From Octopus vulgaris (Eukaryota), in assembly GCA_951406725.2 (NCBI GenBank), contig OX597828.1, forward strand, positions 76,942,001-77,006,000: a DNA stretch of 64,000 nucleotides. Reading direction: 5' to 3'. Shown in pieces: positions 43,621 to 64,000 of this stretch (positions are counted from its first letter, which is position 1; the number at the start of each line of letters is the position of its first letter). The notes below the pieces were generated by a model. It was not told the origin of the DNA. It saw nothing but the letters and a program-made list of their open reading frames with translations, and did no database searches. Made by a program: the position numbers and the translations under genes.

Positions 43621-43860
43621 CAGCAGTGGTAGTAGTAATAGTAGTCGTAGTAGTAGTTGCAGCAGCATCAGTTGTAGTAGTAGTAATAGTAGCAGCAGCA
43701 GTGGTAGTAGTAGTAGTAGTAGTAGTAGTCGCAGCAGCACTGGTAGTAGTAGTAGTAGTAGTAGCCGTAACAGCGGCAGTGATGGTAGTGGTAATAGTAG
43801 TAGTAGTAGTAGTATTGGTAGTTGCAGCAGCTCTTGTAGTTGTAGTGGTAGCAGTATCAT
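43530..43860. repeat. (CTA)n switching to (TAG)n/(GCA)n
   Basis: Read directly; the strand switch is at about 43564. Confidence 0.9.
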
Positions 43861-44267
43861 GATCATCGTCGTAACTATCATTATTAATCAACATGTGATG
43901 GTTTCAGATGTCTACTGCTTCACTTACTACACCTGCGTGTTCTTCAGGTGTGAACAGCATTGTGTGTTGTTTTTATTGTGGCTGGGGAGGGGCAGAGGAC
44001 CAGTTCTTCCAAACTATTGCGTTTGTATGTTTCGCTGTAGGGGTCGCTTGAGTCTTTTGCTGTATTAGTGTTCGTATTGTGTTGTGCGTGGAATGCGAGT
44101 TGTGTTCTTCTCTTGGCCAGTCGACCTTCATGTTGTGGTGGTCGTTTATTTCACTGGATATTTACTGAATGAGTTTCACTTTTTCGGTTTGGGGAACATT
44201 CCATTCTCGTAAGATATATCGTGGGACGTTTGCGAGTGTATTTTGTTTTTCCTTATATCTTTATCAC

Positions 44268-44733
44268 AAGGCAGCGACCTGGCAGAAACGTTAGCACGCT
44301 GGGCGAAATGCTTAGCTGTATTTCGTCTGTCCTTACGTTCTGTGTTCAAATTCCGCCGAGGTCGACTTTGCCTTTCATTCTTCTGGGGTTGATAAATTAA
44401 GTACCAGTTGCGTACTGGGGTCGATCTAATTGACTGGTCGTCTTCCGAAAAATTTCGGGCTTTGTGCCCAGAGTAGAAACGAATACGGTAGGGCTGGTAA
44501 GGCGGCGAGCTGGCAGAAACGTTAGCGCGCCGGGCGAAACGCTTAGCGGTATTTCGTCTGCCGTTACGTTCTGAGTTCAAATTGCGCCGAGGTCGACTTT
44601 GCCTTTCATCCTTTCGGGATCGATAAATTCAGTACCAGTTACGCACTGGTATCGATATAATCGACTTAATCCCTTTGTCTGTCCCTGTTTGTCCCCTCTA
44701 TGTTTAGCCCCTTGTGGGCAATACAGAAATAAG
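44268..44733 (+). mobile_element. Two tandem SINE family A copies with different 3' ends
   Basis: Heads at about 44268 and 44499. The first ends cgggctttgtgcccagagtagaaa; the second ends tttagccccttgtgggcaatacagaaataag. Confidence 0.9.
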
Positions 44734-45339
44734 AATCCATATAACACATCAACTTAGTCGCCATCTGCTCATCATTCTCTCTTGGCTTTGTTTTTCGTTT
44801 GGTCAGTGACATTAAATGATGAGTCCATCTGGAAAAAAATAGCCTCTGATGGTGACGATAATAATAATGATGTGTGCTGTGGCTTCTTTCGTATCGCGAT
44901 TGCCCGTGGCTCGAAGGAAGGAACTCGCCGCTATATCTCTCTTCTTGATTGCCTTATCAGCGATTACAACTGAACCTTGCCACTGTTGAAAAAGAAACTT
45001 GTTGCATTTTTGTTGAAACCATTCAATTCCCGTGTTTTGTTCACGTATTCTCGCGTGAGTTCTATAAACATTATATTTGATGAAGTGTCGGCGAGAAACA
45101 GCAATGTGCATATGTGTAGTAATGGGAATGCATATGTGAATATTTCTAGTTCTCACACATCTGTTCACAGTTCCGTTTACAATGCATCTCGCAGCGCCTA
45201 GCGTTGTTTACGCTTTCTCAAATAGTTTTCACTTCGAAAACGCATGGTTTTCATATCGCAGCTCCATCTGCTGTTTACAATTCTGAGAAAAAATCGTTCG
45301 GTTTCCTGGGATGACTGACATGAAAGAAATTAGTTTTCT

Positions 45340-45515
45340 TCGATATTTCGTCCGCATTTCACGTTCTGAGTTCAAATTCTGCCAAGGTTGACTTTGCTTT
45401 TCATCCATTCGGGGTCATTAAAAAATTACCAGCTAAGCCCTGGTCGGCTTGCATAACCGATGTCACTTCCTCATCCTCTCAAAGTAACCGGTCCTTTGCC
45501 AAAACTTAGAAAGAA
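45340..45515 (+). mobile_element. SINE family A, decayed
   Basis: acgttctgagttcaaattctgccaaggttgactttgcttttcatccattcgggg. Confidence 0.75.
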
Positions 45516-45554
45516 TTATTATATTATTATAATTATTATTATTATTATTATTCG

Positions 45555-45890
<336 letters not shown>

Positions 45891-46164
45891 TGGAGCAAAT
45901 AATTCACGAGAAACATAATTAACGAAGAAAGTGATTTGCCAAGATATCATTGAATCTGTTATTATCTTGTGTAACAATTTTAAAATGATAATAAGAGAAT
46001 CGATAATATAGGCGATTGCAGCCACCCACCCCCAACAAGCATTAAAAAGCTGAAAGATTAAAACTAATCAAAGGACATACTAAGTATGTCCACCTGCTGG
46101 AAATAGCAGTCAAAACGGTTGATTTCTGTGGGTTTTTTCAGTGTATTTTGGCGATTGAAATAAG

Positions 46165-46380
46165 AGTTTTGAGGGGTAGTGTTTTCAGTCATGTTTGTAT
46201 GTTTGTTTATCCCTGTACAAGATATCTCAAGAACCCCTAGATGGATTCGGATGAAACTTTCAGGGACGTTTGGTCTAATGACTGGCACCAACTGCTTAAA
46301 TTTTGGGATCTCTTGCTAATCGTTGAGAGGACATTGGTGTTGCACTGCCGGAGGTTTGCGCTCTCTGAGGGCTCTTGTTA
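46165..46380 (+). mobile_element. Helentron-associated/DINE-like non-autonomous element fragment
   Basis: tgttttcagtc...tgtttgttt...gatatctcaagaacc...atggattcggatgaaactttcaggga and a 3' end gccggaggtttgcgctctctgag resemble this class as I recall it. Confidence 0.5.
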
Positions 46381-46436
46381 CATTTATTATTATTATTATT
46401 ATTATTAATATTATTATTATTATTATCATTATTATT

Positions 46437-46764
46437 AACCTTTCTTTTTATCATAGGTTTTGTTAGAACTCGTGGACTCTTGCATGCGTATCAGGCTTGC
46501 TACCTGCAACCTACGGCATCGTTCTTTTCAGCTCTCTAATACTTCTCTGAATATACTGTAACAGTTCTACTGGGAACTCTATTCTAATTTCTTTGTGATT
46601 CCTCTTGATGCCTTCTCACATTGTTCCCAAGGACACAGCAATAACTGACACCATCTTCACGTTCTTCATTTTCCACAGCTAGGCTCTTTCGTACTTAAGA
46701 GGGTTGTATTTATCTACTTCTTTGCTTTCCTTCTTGACTATTTGAGGCTCAAGTGGGCTAATAT

Positions 46765-46765
<1 letters not shown>
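46437..46765 (-). pseudogene. Dong/R4 3' remnant with (TAA)n tail
   Basis: KESKEVDKYNPLKYERA*LWKMKNVKMVSVIAVSLGTM, then a short UTR and (TAA)n. Confidence 0.75.
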
Positions 46766-49150
<2,385 letters not shown>

Positions 49151-50995
49151 TACATTCATGTGTTTTAATTTTGCTTTATTGTTTTCTTTTTGTTTTTATT
49201 GCCGTTGCAGAGTTGTGGAGCGAATGTGTATGGCAGCCGGTTACGATATGAAAATATATGTGTTTAAATAAAATCTTAAAAGTCGAATGAGTTATTTCGC
49301 CAATTAAAAAGACAAAGAGGTGTGTTATTGATGAGGTCACGAATGGCAACGAGAGGACACTAACAAGTCACTGATCGATTCATTAAACAATTAATCAAAA
49401 ACAATCTGTTTATTTATTACGTTTATTTTTCAAGTAGTTAGTTAATACGAATTAAAAGAACTGCAATAGGACCATAACAATTGTTCTCAGTGGCAAAGTG
49501 ACTCTACGAAGATATAACACGTGCGCACATGTGTGTGTATACAAGTATGTGTGTGCTTTTGTTATAATTAACTAATATTACTTGTTAACAGCTGCAACTA
49601 TATTCAGATCGCTATTGTCTTTCTGTGGCCATTACATGTCACAGAACATTTCTACTTTAGCGCATTTACGCTGTGTTAAATGTTATCTGCTGCATAGGGA
49701 ATTGACTATTTATTTATTCTCTATAAGAAAGAAGTCAATTTCTAAAACCAATATTCTTGCAATTAGTTAGAAATTACCTAAGGCTCAAGGACTGAAGCAA
49801 ACAATTCTTCCTCATACCATTTTAGAATACATCCAATATATACTTAAGAAAGAAAGAGTGTGGGAAGGACACAGAGAAAAGATTCCTAGTTTAATGTCGA
49901 CAGTCTTGTGTGTACCAGTTTACTTAGCAATAGGCATTGGTGTTAAATATATGTATTTCTTTGCTCGAATATTCTCGGGTGTTGGTTGCTTTCACGTTAT
50001 GTCGGCTTTCATATACAACTAAGTATTTATAGCCTGCTATATCTACCAGGTTTTCTCCTTTCTCCTCTCTAACTTGTCACATTTCGATATCTTTCCTATT
50101 TTCATTGTCCACATATTCTAATCCTAAATTCCAGCCCCGAAACATCTTTAATGTATGAATGTTCCGTTTATACTAATGAGTTTCATTTTGATTTGCGTTC
50201 GCTCTTAAAAGGTTTAAGTAGTCGATTTAAAGAAAGTGATTTACGGCAAGCCTATATTCTCAGTGCTACCATAAATATTGGAAAGATGTTCTCTCTTTGA
50301 TGGCAGTCTTCGCACAAAACCAAAGAATAATTTTCTATAGCAAATTTACGAGTGAATCTAGCTCACAGTCACGACACGTAGCATTTGCTCCTGGATTTGA
50401 TACGATACCTGTGCCTAATAACTCCGACCAGTCTTAAACATGACATCTATATTCTACATTCTACATTCTACACACGCACACACACTAAGAACATATATAT
50501 ATATATATGGTGGCTGCCCCCTCGTTATCAAGTATGGCCATCATTGCACGAAGCTTAATCAATGTTGTTATCGTGCAATGCCTGTGCAAGAAGATTTTTT
50601 TTAAAGTGAGGAAAGGCTGTGCACTGAGTCAATCCCACTCACTAAGCAACAACAGCCATAATCCGAAAAGAAGAACAAGTCAACATCATCGGTAACCACT
50701 GAGCTGCAGGTTTTATGTCGAAGTTATCCCAGTTACCTGAGTTACCTTCTCCTAGAAGGATGCCCTAACAAAGGCTAGGAGTCCTTCACTCCCAATGGTT
50801 TAACCGAGCGATCGGGTATTCAGTGCGATTTTTTCTATGTCCCAGCGCATGATACAGCTTTAAGACATTTATTGGATGGCCGTTGACTCTCAAGAGTTCC
50901 TCCGCCCTTTGACGGGTTTTGTTTTTCCTCCCGCATATATTCATACATACATACATACATACATACATACATACATACATACATACATACATACA

Positions 50996-51100
50996 TAGGC
51001 TCGAAACGTCAAAGATTTTTCCATTCTTCCCGAGTATTAAACAAATAAACCTGCTTGTTGTTCTCTCACCTGTCTTCGTTTTTTGTTTTCTGTAAATCCA
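50996..51100 (+). mobile_element. Hammerhead-family terminus retaining only the ribozyme 3' half
   Basis: gctc-GAAA-CG-TC-aaag directly after (CATA)n; ends at (TA)n; related to 19800-19845 and 4601-4665. Confidence 0.55.
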
Positions 51101-51270
51101 ATATATATATATATATATGTGTATAGACATACATAACTACACACGCACACACGTATACACTACATATAATATTTGTAAACAAAACCAGAAAGGCTATGTA
51201 AGTTACGGAGAGAAATCTATTATGGAAGACTCATAGTAAAATAATAACTGTGTAGCAACATATCATAGTA

Positions 51271-51702
51271 ATATATATTCTCTGATTTGAAGCGTCAGTT
51301 TTTAAATACAAATGACTGAAAATTATAAGCTAACCCTAACCAGAATCGAACCCACAATTCAACGCTTACAAGGCTCCTTGTTGCTTCAAATCGGAGAATA
51401 TATATCATTATGATATATTGTTATAAGTTATTGTTAAACTCTGAGTCTTTGTAGTAGCTTTCTTTCTGTAGCTTACAAACCCATTCTGTTCGTTTACAAG
51501 TATTATATGTAGTATTAGACAGTTTAAGTATGTAATCATTAAATTTGGCTGAAATTTCTGGGAGAGCATTTGATTCCGTCGAATGCGCAAGGAGCCGTGT
51601 AATAGTTGATTCGTGGGTTTGATTCTGGCTAGTGTTAGCTCATCATTTATCGGTCATTTGTTTGTATTTAAAAATTGTCACTTCAAATCGGAGAATATAT
51701 AT
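51271..51702. repeat. Imperfect inverted repeat (about 110-bp arms, 51271-51380 / 51588-51702) with an extra copy of the terminus at 51384-51405
   Basis: Ends atatatattctctgatttgaag / cttcaaatcggagaatatatat; inner ends ggctccttg / caaggagcc. Confidence 0.85.
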
Positions 51703-51880
51703 TGTTATATATATATTCATATAGATTAATGGATGATAGATGGCTATAGATATATATTCACAAACACACGTACGCATATACACATAAACCTGACATGTTT
51801 ATCATCTGAAAATATTATGAAAGAAACTGTCACTCTATAAGATGTCTCGGGCGACCATCGTACTTCATCAACTTCTGCTA

Positions 51881-52045
51881 GTGTGAGTGAGTGGGTGAGT
51901 GAGTGGGTGAGTGGGTGAGTGAGTGAGTGGGTGAGTGGGTGAGTGAGTGAGTGAGTGGGTGAGTGAGTCAGTGAGTTAGTGAGTGAGTGAGTGAGTGAGT
52001 GAGTGAGTGAGTCAGTGAGTCAGTGAGTGAGTGAGCGAGCGAGCG
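51881..52045. repeat. (GAGT)n microsatellite
   Basis: Read directly. Confidence 0.92.
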
Positions 52046-52502
52046 TGCACGTGTGTCTGTGTGTGTAGTAAAGACAAATCCAAATGCTGATATTTTGAAT
52101 TCATTTAATAATTTTCTTTCGAATAGTTTCGCAAAATAGGCCATTCAGTCAAAACATTTGAAGATAATGAGAAGTGTTTTGGATGAGGAACATTTTATTT
52201 AGCGAATCTCTTACATATCCTCTCGAAATATGTTTATTAAGTGCATTAAAAAACGCACTTTTACTTTACGTATTGCATAACTCTTTTCCATAACAATGTT
52301 CCCTGTCCTCAAATTAATATACACAGCTAATATAACACACATCTACTAGTGAAATGATTTGTTGTGCCTCTTTTCAAATATTCTGGTAAAGTGCATTGCC
52401 TCAAGGAGTACACATCAATACATACACACATGGATACACACACACAAACACATACACATATATATATATATTATACATACATACATACATGTATATATAT
52501 AT

Positions 52503-52536
<34 letters not shown>

Positions 52537-52615
52537 ATGTATATATATATGTATATAGTACGTATATATATATATACATAGATATATACATACATACATA
52601 CATACATACATGCAT

Positions 52616-52689
<74 letters not shown>

Positions 52690-52964
52690 ATCACGTAAAC
52701 ATTACGAATGTCACACATTGAAATATTGAAGTGAGCCGACTATATAGCAATAATCCGCAGGAAATTGAGCGAAATGTCGATATATCTCGTTGTCGTCTAG
52801 TTTCGGATTAGTCTGAACGAGCTTTGAAGGATAATATGTTTTTAAACAGTATTCGCCTTTAAAGAAGCCGCCTTTATACGATAAAGTGAAGCTACAAGCG
52901 CTTAATAAATACACATATATTAAGCATGTGATATTGATAATGCGTGTGTATGTGTGTGTGTTAA

Positions 52965-53140
52965 AAAACAAAAATTAAGCCTATGTAAAAGAAAACGGTG
53001 TATATTTAGTATATGCTCAGGAAAGTCTTCATACGCTTCGAGCATTCATAGACAAGCAGGAAAAAATAGAGAAACGAAGAAACACTTCTCAATCAGACGA
53101 TATCGCATGCTGAAATGACCGGTAGAAAACGAGAGTGCTA
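52965..53140 (-). mobile_element. Decayed copy of the hammerhead-bearing family
   Basis: gctcaggaaag...acgcttcgagc and tatcgcatgctgaaatgaccggtagaaaacgagagtg, similar to 55926-56058. Confidence 0.5.
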
Positions 53141-53242
53141 GAGGCGTAAGTGGTAACACTCTACCTATCCCACCAATCCACCGGCCCTCCTCTTTATAAA
53201 AAAAAACAGCACCTCATAGTACGAATATTAATACCATTATTT

Positions 53243-53875
53243 AGGCGGTGTGTCAGCAGAATCGTTAGCACGCCGGGCTTAGTACTTAGCGACATTTCGC
53301 TCGTCGCCACGTTCTGTGTTCAAATTCCGCCGAGGGCGTCTTTATCATTCACCCTTTTAGTGTTGATAAATTATGTACTAGTTGAACATTGGAGTCGCTG
53401 TCATCGACTTACCACATTGCCTGTCCGTCAAAATTCCTGGCCTTATGCCAAAATTTGAAACCAGTATTAATGCTATCGTTAAGTCGGCCAGCTGACAGAA
53501 TCGTTAGCAGGCCGGGCGAAATGCTTAGCGGTATTTCGTCCGCCACTGCGTTCTGAGTTCAAATTCCGCCAAGGTCGACTTTGCCTTTCATCCTTTTGGG
53601 GTCGATAAATTAAGCACCAGTTACGCACTGGGATCGATGTAATCGATTAATCCGTTTGTCTGGCCACTGTGTTTAGCCCCTTGTGGGTGTTAAAGAAATA
53701 GGTATTTCGCCCATCGCTACATTCTGAGTTCACATACCGACAAGGTTGACTTTGCCCGTCATCCTTTCGGGGTCGATGAAATAATTTCATCCTTTCGGGG
53801 TCAATAAAATAAATACCAGTTGAACACTGGGGTCGATGTGAACGACTGATCTCCTCCCCCAAAAATTTGAAACCA
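53243..53875 (+). mobile_element. Cluster of SINE family A copies
   Basis: Three gttcaaattccg/gttcacataccg blocks with catcctttcggggtcgat. Confidence 0.85.
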
Positions 53876-54334
53876 TCATTGATACTATCATTATCATATC
53901 ATTGCATAAACTACCTGGAGGGGAGCAAGTTCAAATCAGTTCATGTTTAAATGATTGTGTTTCAAGAAATATGTGTCCGCCTGTGTTTGTGTGTATGTGA
54001 TAATATATTTATATGAGTGTTTATATACATGAGTAGGTCTCACATTCAAACATACAAACACTCCTACAATTTATTTGAATAAAACAGCTTGCTCCACTAA
54101 ACGCGGTCGTAATGTTTATTGTAGTTTGGTTAAAATTTCATATAAATATGTTTGGCGAATTATTTATTTGTCTCACATTGCCAACTCAACTGTTATATTA
54201 AAATTTCCGTTGTTAAGGAGGTATATACATACTTTATACCACTATGTTTAAGTGTGTGCGCGCGCGCGCAAGCGAACGCTGGTTGGAGGCGAGTGAAACG
54301 GACAGACAGGAGAGACATAAATAAGTAGGCAGAA

Positions 54335-55060
<726 letters not shown>

Positions 55061-55385
55061 ACAAAGTATATACATGAGCATATGTGTGTGCATGTGTTTA
55101 CCGATATAAAAGTATGTCGATGGATGCAACTACACGTTCATATATGTGTGTCAATAACGGGGAAATGTTTGTCTGTATATAGAAATAGGTAATTGTGAAA
55201 AGTGTTTTATTTCTTCTGGGGTGGAACTCTGTAATAAAGTGAATATAATTCACATTTCTGAAAAAAAAATATTAAGTTGGAAGTATATTGACGCTGGAAA
55301 CAGTCAGACACGTCTCGTCTTGCGTTATTTGATCGTGTTACTATGTGTTTGTGGATGCAAGGAAATGATATATACATACACACAT

Positions 55386-55423
<38 letters not shown>

Positions 55424-55523
55424 ATATATATATGCGTGCATGCATATGCTTGTGTATAATTTTACAATGTGCTTGTATGTGATTGTTTGATTGTACGCAT
55501 GTATGAATGAAGCGTATGTGTGA

Positions 55524-55558
<35 letters not shown>

Positions 55559-55764
55559 TGAGAGAGAGAGGTGGAGGGTCAAGAATAGATATAAACGTAT
55601 TACTCCATAGGTAGATGGACATTTTCCCTGTTCGGCAGTTTTTCTTCTTAATATATTTATCAATTCTCAGTATAACATTATTTCACAAATTCATTCTTCT
55701 CTCTACTAAGCAAGCTACCTGCCTAGCTGTGTCTATATTTTATATATTTATGTATGTATGTATG

Positions 55765-55802
<38 letters not shown>

Positions 55803-55884
55803 TGTATATATTAAATTTTATATATGTGTAGATGAGCATGTGTGTGTATACATATATATACCCATCCTATCATCACACACTCAC

Positions 55885-56070
55885 AGAAATGAGATAAAAG
55901 TACAACAAATATTAGTTTTAGTTTTACGCTCAGGAAAATTAAAAGAACTCTTAACGTTTCAAGGTTACTGGAGTTGAGGAAAAAATGGGAAGAAAAAAAA
56001 ATAGACGTATCTAAATTAACGAATTATCGCAGGATGAAATGACTGGAAAACAAGGGTGAAATATGGAGGT
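55885..56070 (-). mobile_element. Decayed copy of the hammerhead-bearing family
   Basis: acgctcaggaaaa...ttaacgtttc (GAAA-CG-TT on the minus strand). Confidence 0.5.
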
Positions 56071-57097
56071 GTATATATATATATATATATATATATGGAA
56101 GAAGGTTTGAAAGTGCAATTTTAAAAGATGTTTATTTACTTTACCGGTTTCACTTTTTAGAAAAAAAGATTGTCAAAAGATTGTAACATTTAACAGCTTG
56201 GTTGTCTTAGGTACTGGTTGTCACAAAATACTACAATACATATATACATTCCTTGATAACAAGAACATGTTAAGAACAGCTTACAAGGGAAAATCTGGGG
56301 AAAATATAAAAAAGTTTAACAAGTTCATTAAAATATTGGGCACTAACCATTTCGTTCATTTTTCTTTTGTTTCTATTAGTATATCCCTTATAACCACGAT
56401 TAGACAAGAAACCTTTACGATTCTCTATAGATATACATTTATATCCTTTATTAAATCTAATATTAAATCTGATATACTAAAAATACCTTTTTCTAGACAT
56501 TTAATATTTAAGTTAGTATTTAGCGTCGAAAGATAATAGACATACTCCTAACCTTCTTGCATTAAATCAGTCTTTCCAGAAATTCCTCAGTTGATCTAAT
56601 ACTCCAAAATTAATTAAGTCCCGAACTGTTATGAATTTTATCAAAATATATTTTTTTTAATGTTCTAACAACTTTTTAAAGCAACATTAACCAATATAGA
56701 TAGCTATTTATTTGTACAATTAGTAGCTCCTGCTATAAATCTACTTTAAAAATGGACTTTATGCAGTTTAGGAATCCATATACATACATACACACACACA
56801 CACATGAACACACACACACACACATATATATATAATCACTTATATCATTTGAAAAGAAAAAGAAAATGTAGCCACGACGTAGAATATAGTGTATATATTT
56901 CGTCAAAGATAGAATTTCTTCAATTGTTACTCTGAGTTTAGCGTTGCCCACTTTTCGATAATCAATAAAACGTATGTGTGAGTTAAGGAACCAAAAACAA
57001 GAGATTCTAAATTTATGTGTGAATATTCATGAGTATAGTTTTTTTTCTGTACAAATATCTCCATCCACACACACACATATATGTGTGTGTGTATGCA

Positions 57098-57139
<42 letters not shown>

Positions 57140-57244
57140 TATATGTATATATATATAAGTATGTATATATATATATATGTCTATATGTATATATATATAA
57201 GTATGTATATATGTATATATATATGCATGTATACATATGTACAG

Positions 57245-57275
<31 letters not shown>

Positions 57276-57713
57276 TATATGTATATATATATGTATATAT
57301 GTATATATATATATATATGTCTATATGTATATATATATAAGTATGTATATATGTATATATATATGCATATATACATATGTACAGATATATATATATATAC
57401 ATATGTGTGTGTCTGTGTGTGTGCGCGTGTGTGTATAAATATGTCTGTATGTGTATACATATAATATATAATTATTTACATGTATATTTGCATGCATACA
57501 TATATCTGCGTATACGCACCCATCAACGCACGCACACACATACACACACGCGCGCATATATGTTGTACATATTATACACTGACGTAAACAGATTTTTTTC
57601 AGTGTTGTGAAAGACGAAGCGAAGAAGTAGGTCCTCCACTTAAATGTATACACATGTAGAACTACATTAGACTTGTATGTGTGTGAAAGTCAATGTGTGT
57701 GTGTGTGTGTGTT

Positions 57714-57759
<46 letters not shown>

Positions 57760-58279
57760 TGTGTGCATTGCTATGCTTATTTGTATATCCGTGTATTTGC
57801 CTGTCTCTTCTTATACTTTGACTCCTAATACACCGCCGTAATTTGCCGAAGGCTTTATAATTTTCCGAGTTAGAGAATATTCGAAAACCAATCGAAACAC
57901 GTTATTTTACTGTTTTGTATTTTCCTTCTTGAAGTAATGTCAGTTTTGCGGCTGGCGCTGTTGTTATTTGTGGCTGTCTAAGTCTGATTCGAGATGTTCG
58001 CTTTGTTGTTGTTCTGGGCTGTGTGGAAACCTATTTTGCTGGTTTGTACGCCAGAGACATTATTGCCTTTTGGTCCCATATTAAGACGTGGTTTGCACTG
58101 CAATGAAGAGTATTCAGTTAAAGACAGGATTTAAAAAAAAAAACATAAAAATGTTCATTAATTCATAATTGTGTTAAATTTCAATCACGATATCATAAAA
58201 CCAATTTAGATTTGCTATTTCAAATGTTATGAACTGACACAATCCTCGCACTGGACAAAATGATTAACTACATTTCTTT

Positions 58280-58658
58280 AGGCAGTTTTACCTTCTGAGT
58301 TCAAATTCCACCAAGACTGACTTCGCCTTTCATGCTTTCGGGGTCGATTAAATGCGTTACCCCCTGAGCCCTGAGGTCGACCTCATTGACTTGCCCCCCC
58401 ACCACCACCACCACCAAGAATTGCAGGTTTGTGCTTATAGTAGAAAGGTTTCCACCCCAGGCAGAATGCTTAAGAAACATTTTCTCTGCCTCTATGTTCT
58501 GAGTTCAAAGTCTGCCGAGGTCAACTTTGTCCCTTTTGTCTTTGCAGTTAATAAGTTAATAAAATGAGTACCAGAGAACCATTCAGCACTGGAGTCGATG
58601 TAATCGATTTAGATCTGCCACCCACCGAACTTGTTGGTCCTTCTGCCAAAATTTAAAA

Positions 58659-58660
<2 letters not shown>
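58280..58660 (+). mobile_element. Two decayed SINE family A copies
   Basis: ttctgagttcaaa at about 58293 and 58497. Confidence 0.75.
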
Positions 58661-58734
<74 letters not shown>

Positions 58735-58825
58735 CATTATTATTATTATTATTATTATCATCATTATTATCATTATTATTATTATTACTATTATTATTAT
58801 TATTATTATCATTATTATTATTATT

Positions 58826-64000
<5,175 letters not shown>

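Noticed and set aside
49328-49362. TTGATGA-GGTC...GAC hammerhead-like start
   Set aside because: Lacks GAAA and helix III.
50505-50935. Moderate-GC block between microsatellites, possibly a retroelement UTR
   Set aside because: No second copy in the window and no motif to classify it.
51330-51342. Telomere-like TAACCCTAACC
   Set aside because: Fewer than two units, inside an inverted-repeat arm.

Overview
AT-rich, microsatellite-saturated eukaryotic DNA with no host exon I can support. The SINE families and repeat landscape point to a coleoid cephalopod, probably Octopus (inference). Nearly all ORFs in the track are microsatellite artefacts. The real coding signal comes from transposons: a young 5'-truncated CR1/L2-group LINE with an open 807-aa ORF in (TA)n, a Tx1/L1 fragment in (GATA)n, several Dong/R4-type REL LINE pieces mostly in (TAA)n, and decayed Tigger/pogo, hAT and probable Penelope remnants. 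One Dong copy abuts an apparently perfect (TAA)n array of at least 3.6 kb. The window also holds a non-autonomous Helitron and many tRNA-derived SINEs. The most interesting signal is a set of minimal type I hammerhead-ribozyme motifs with palindromic helix III (752-795, 4162-4265, 19829-19864, 21442-21531, plus decayed copies), each a short distance upstream of a (TA)n tract. Two of them sit in fold-back palindromes that place the ribozyme 5' half in the spacer and duplicate the 3' half in both arms. All calls were made by eye, without searches or folding software.
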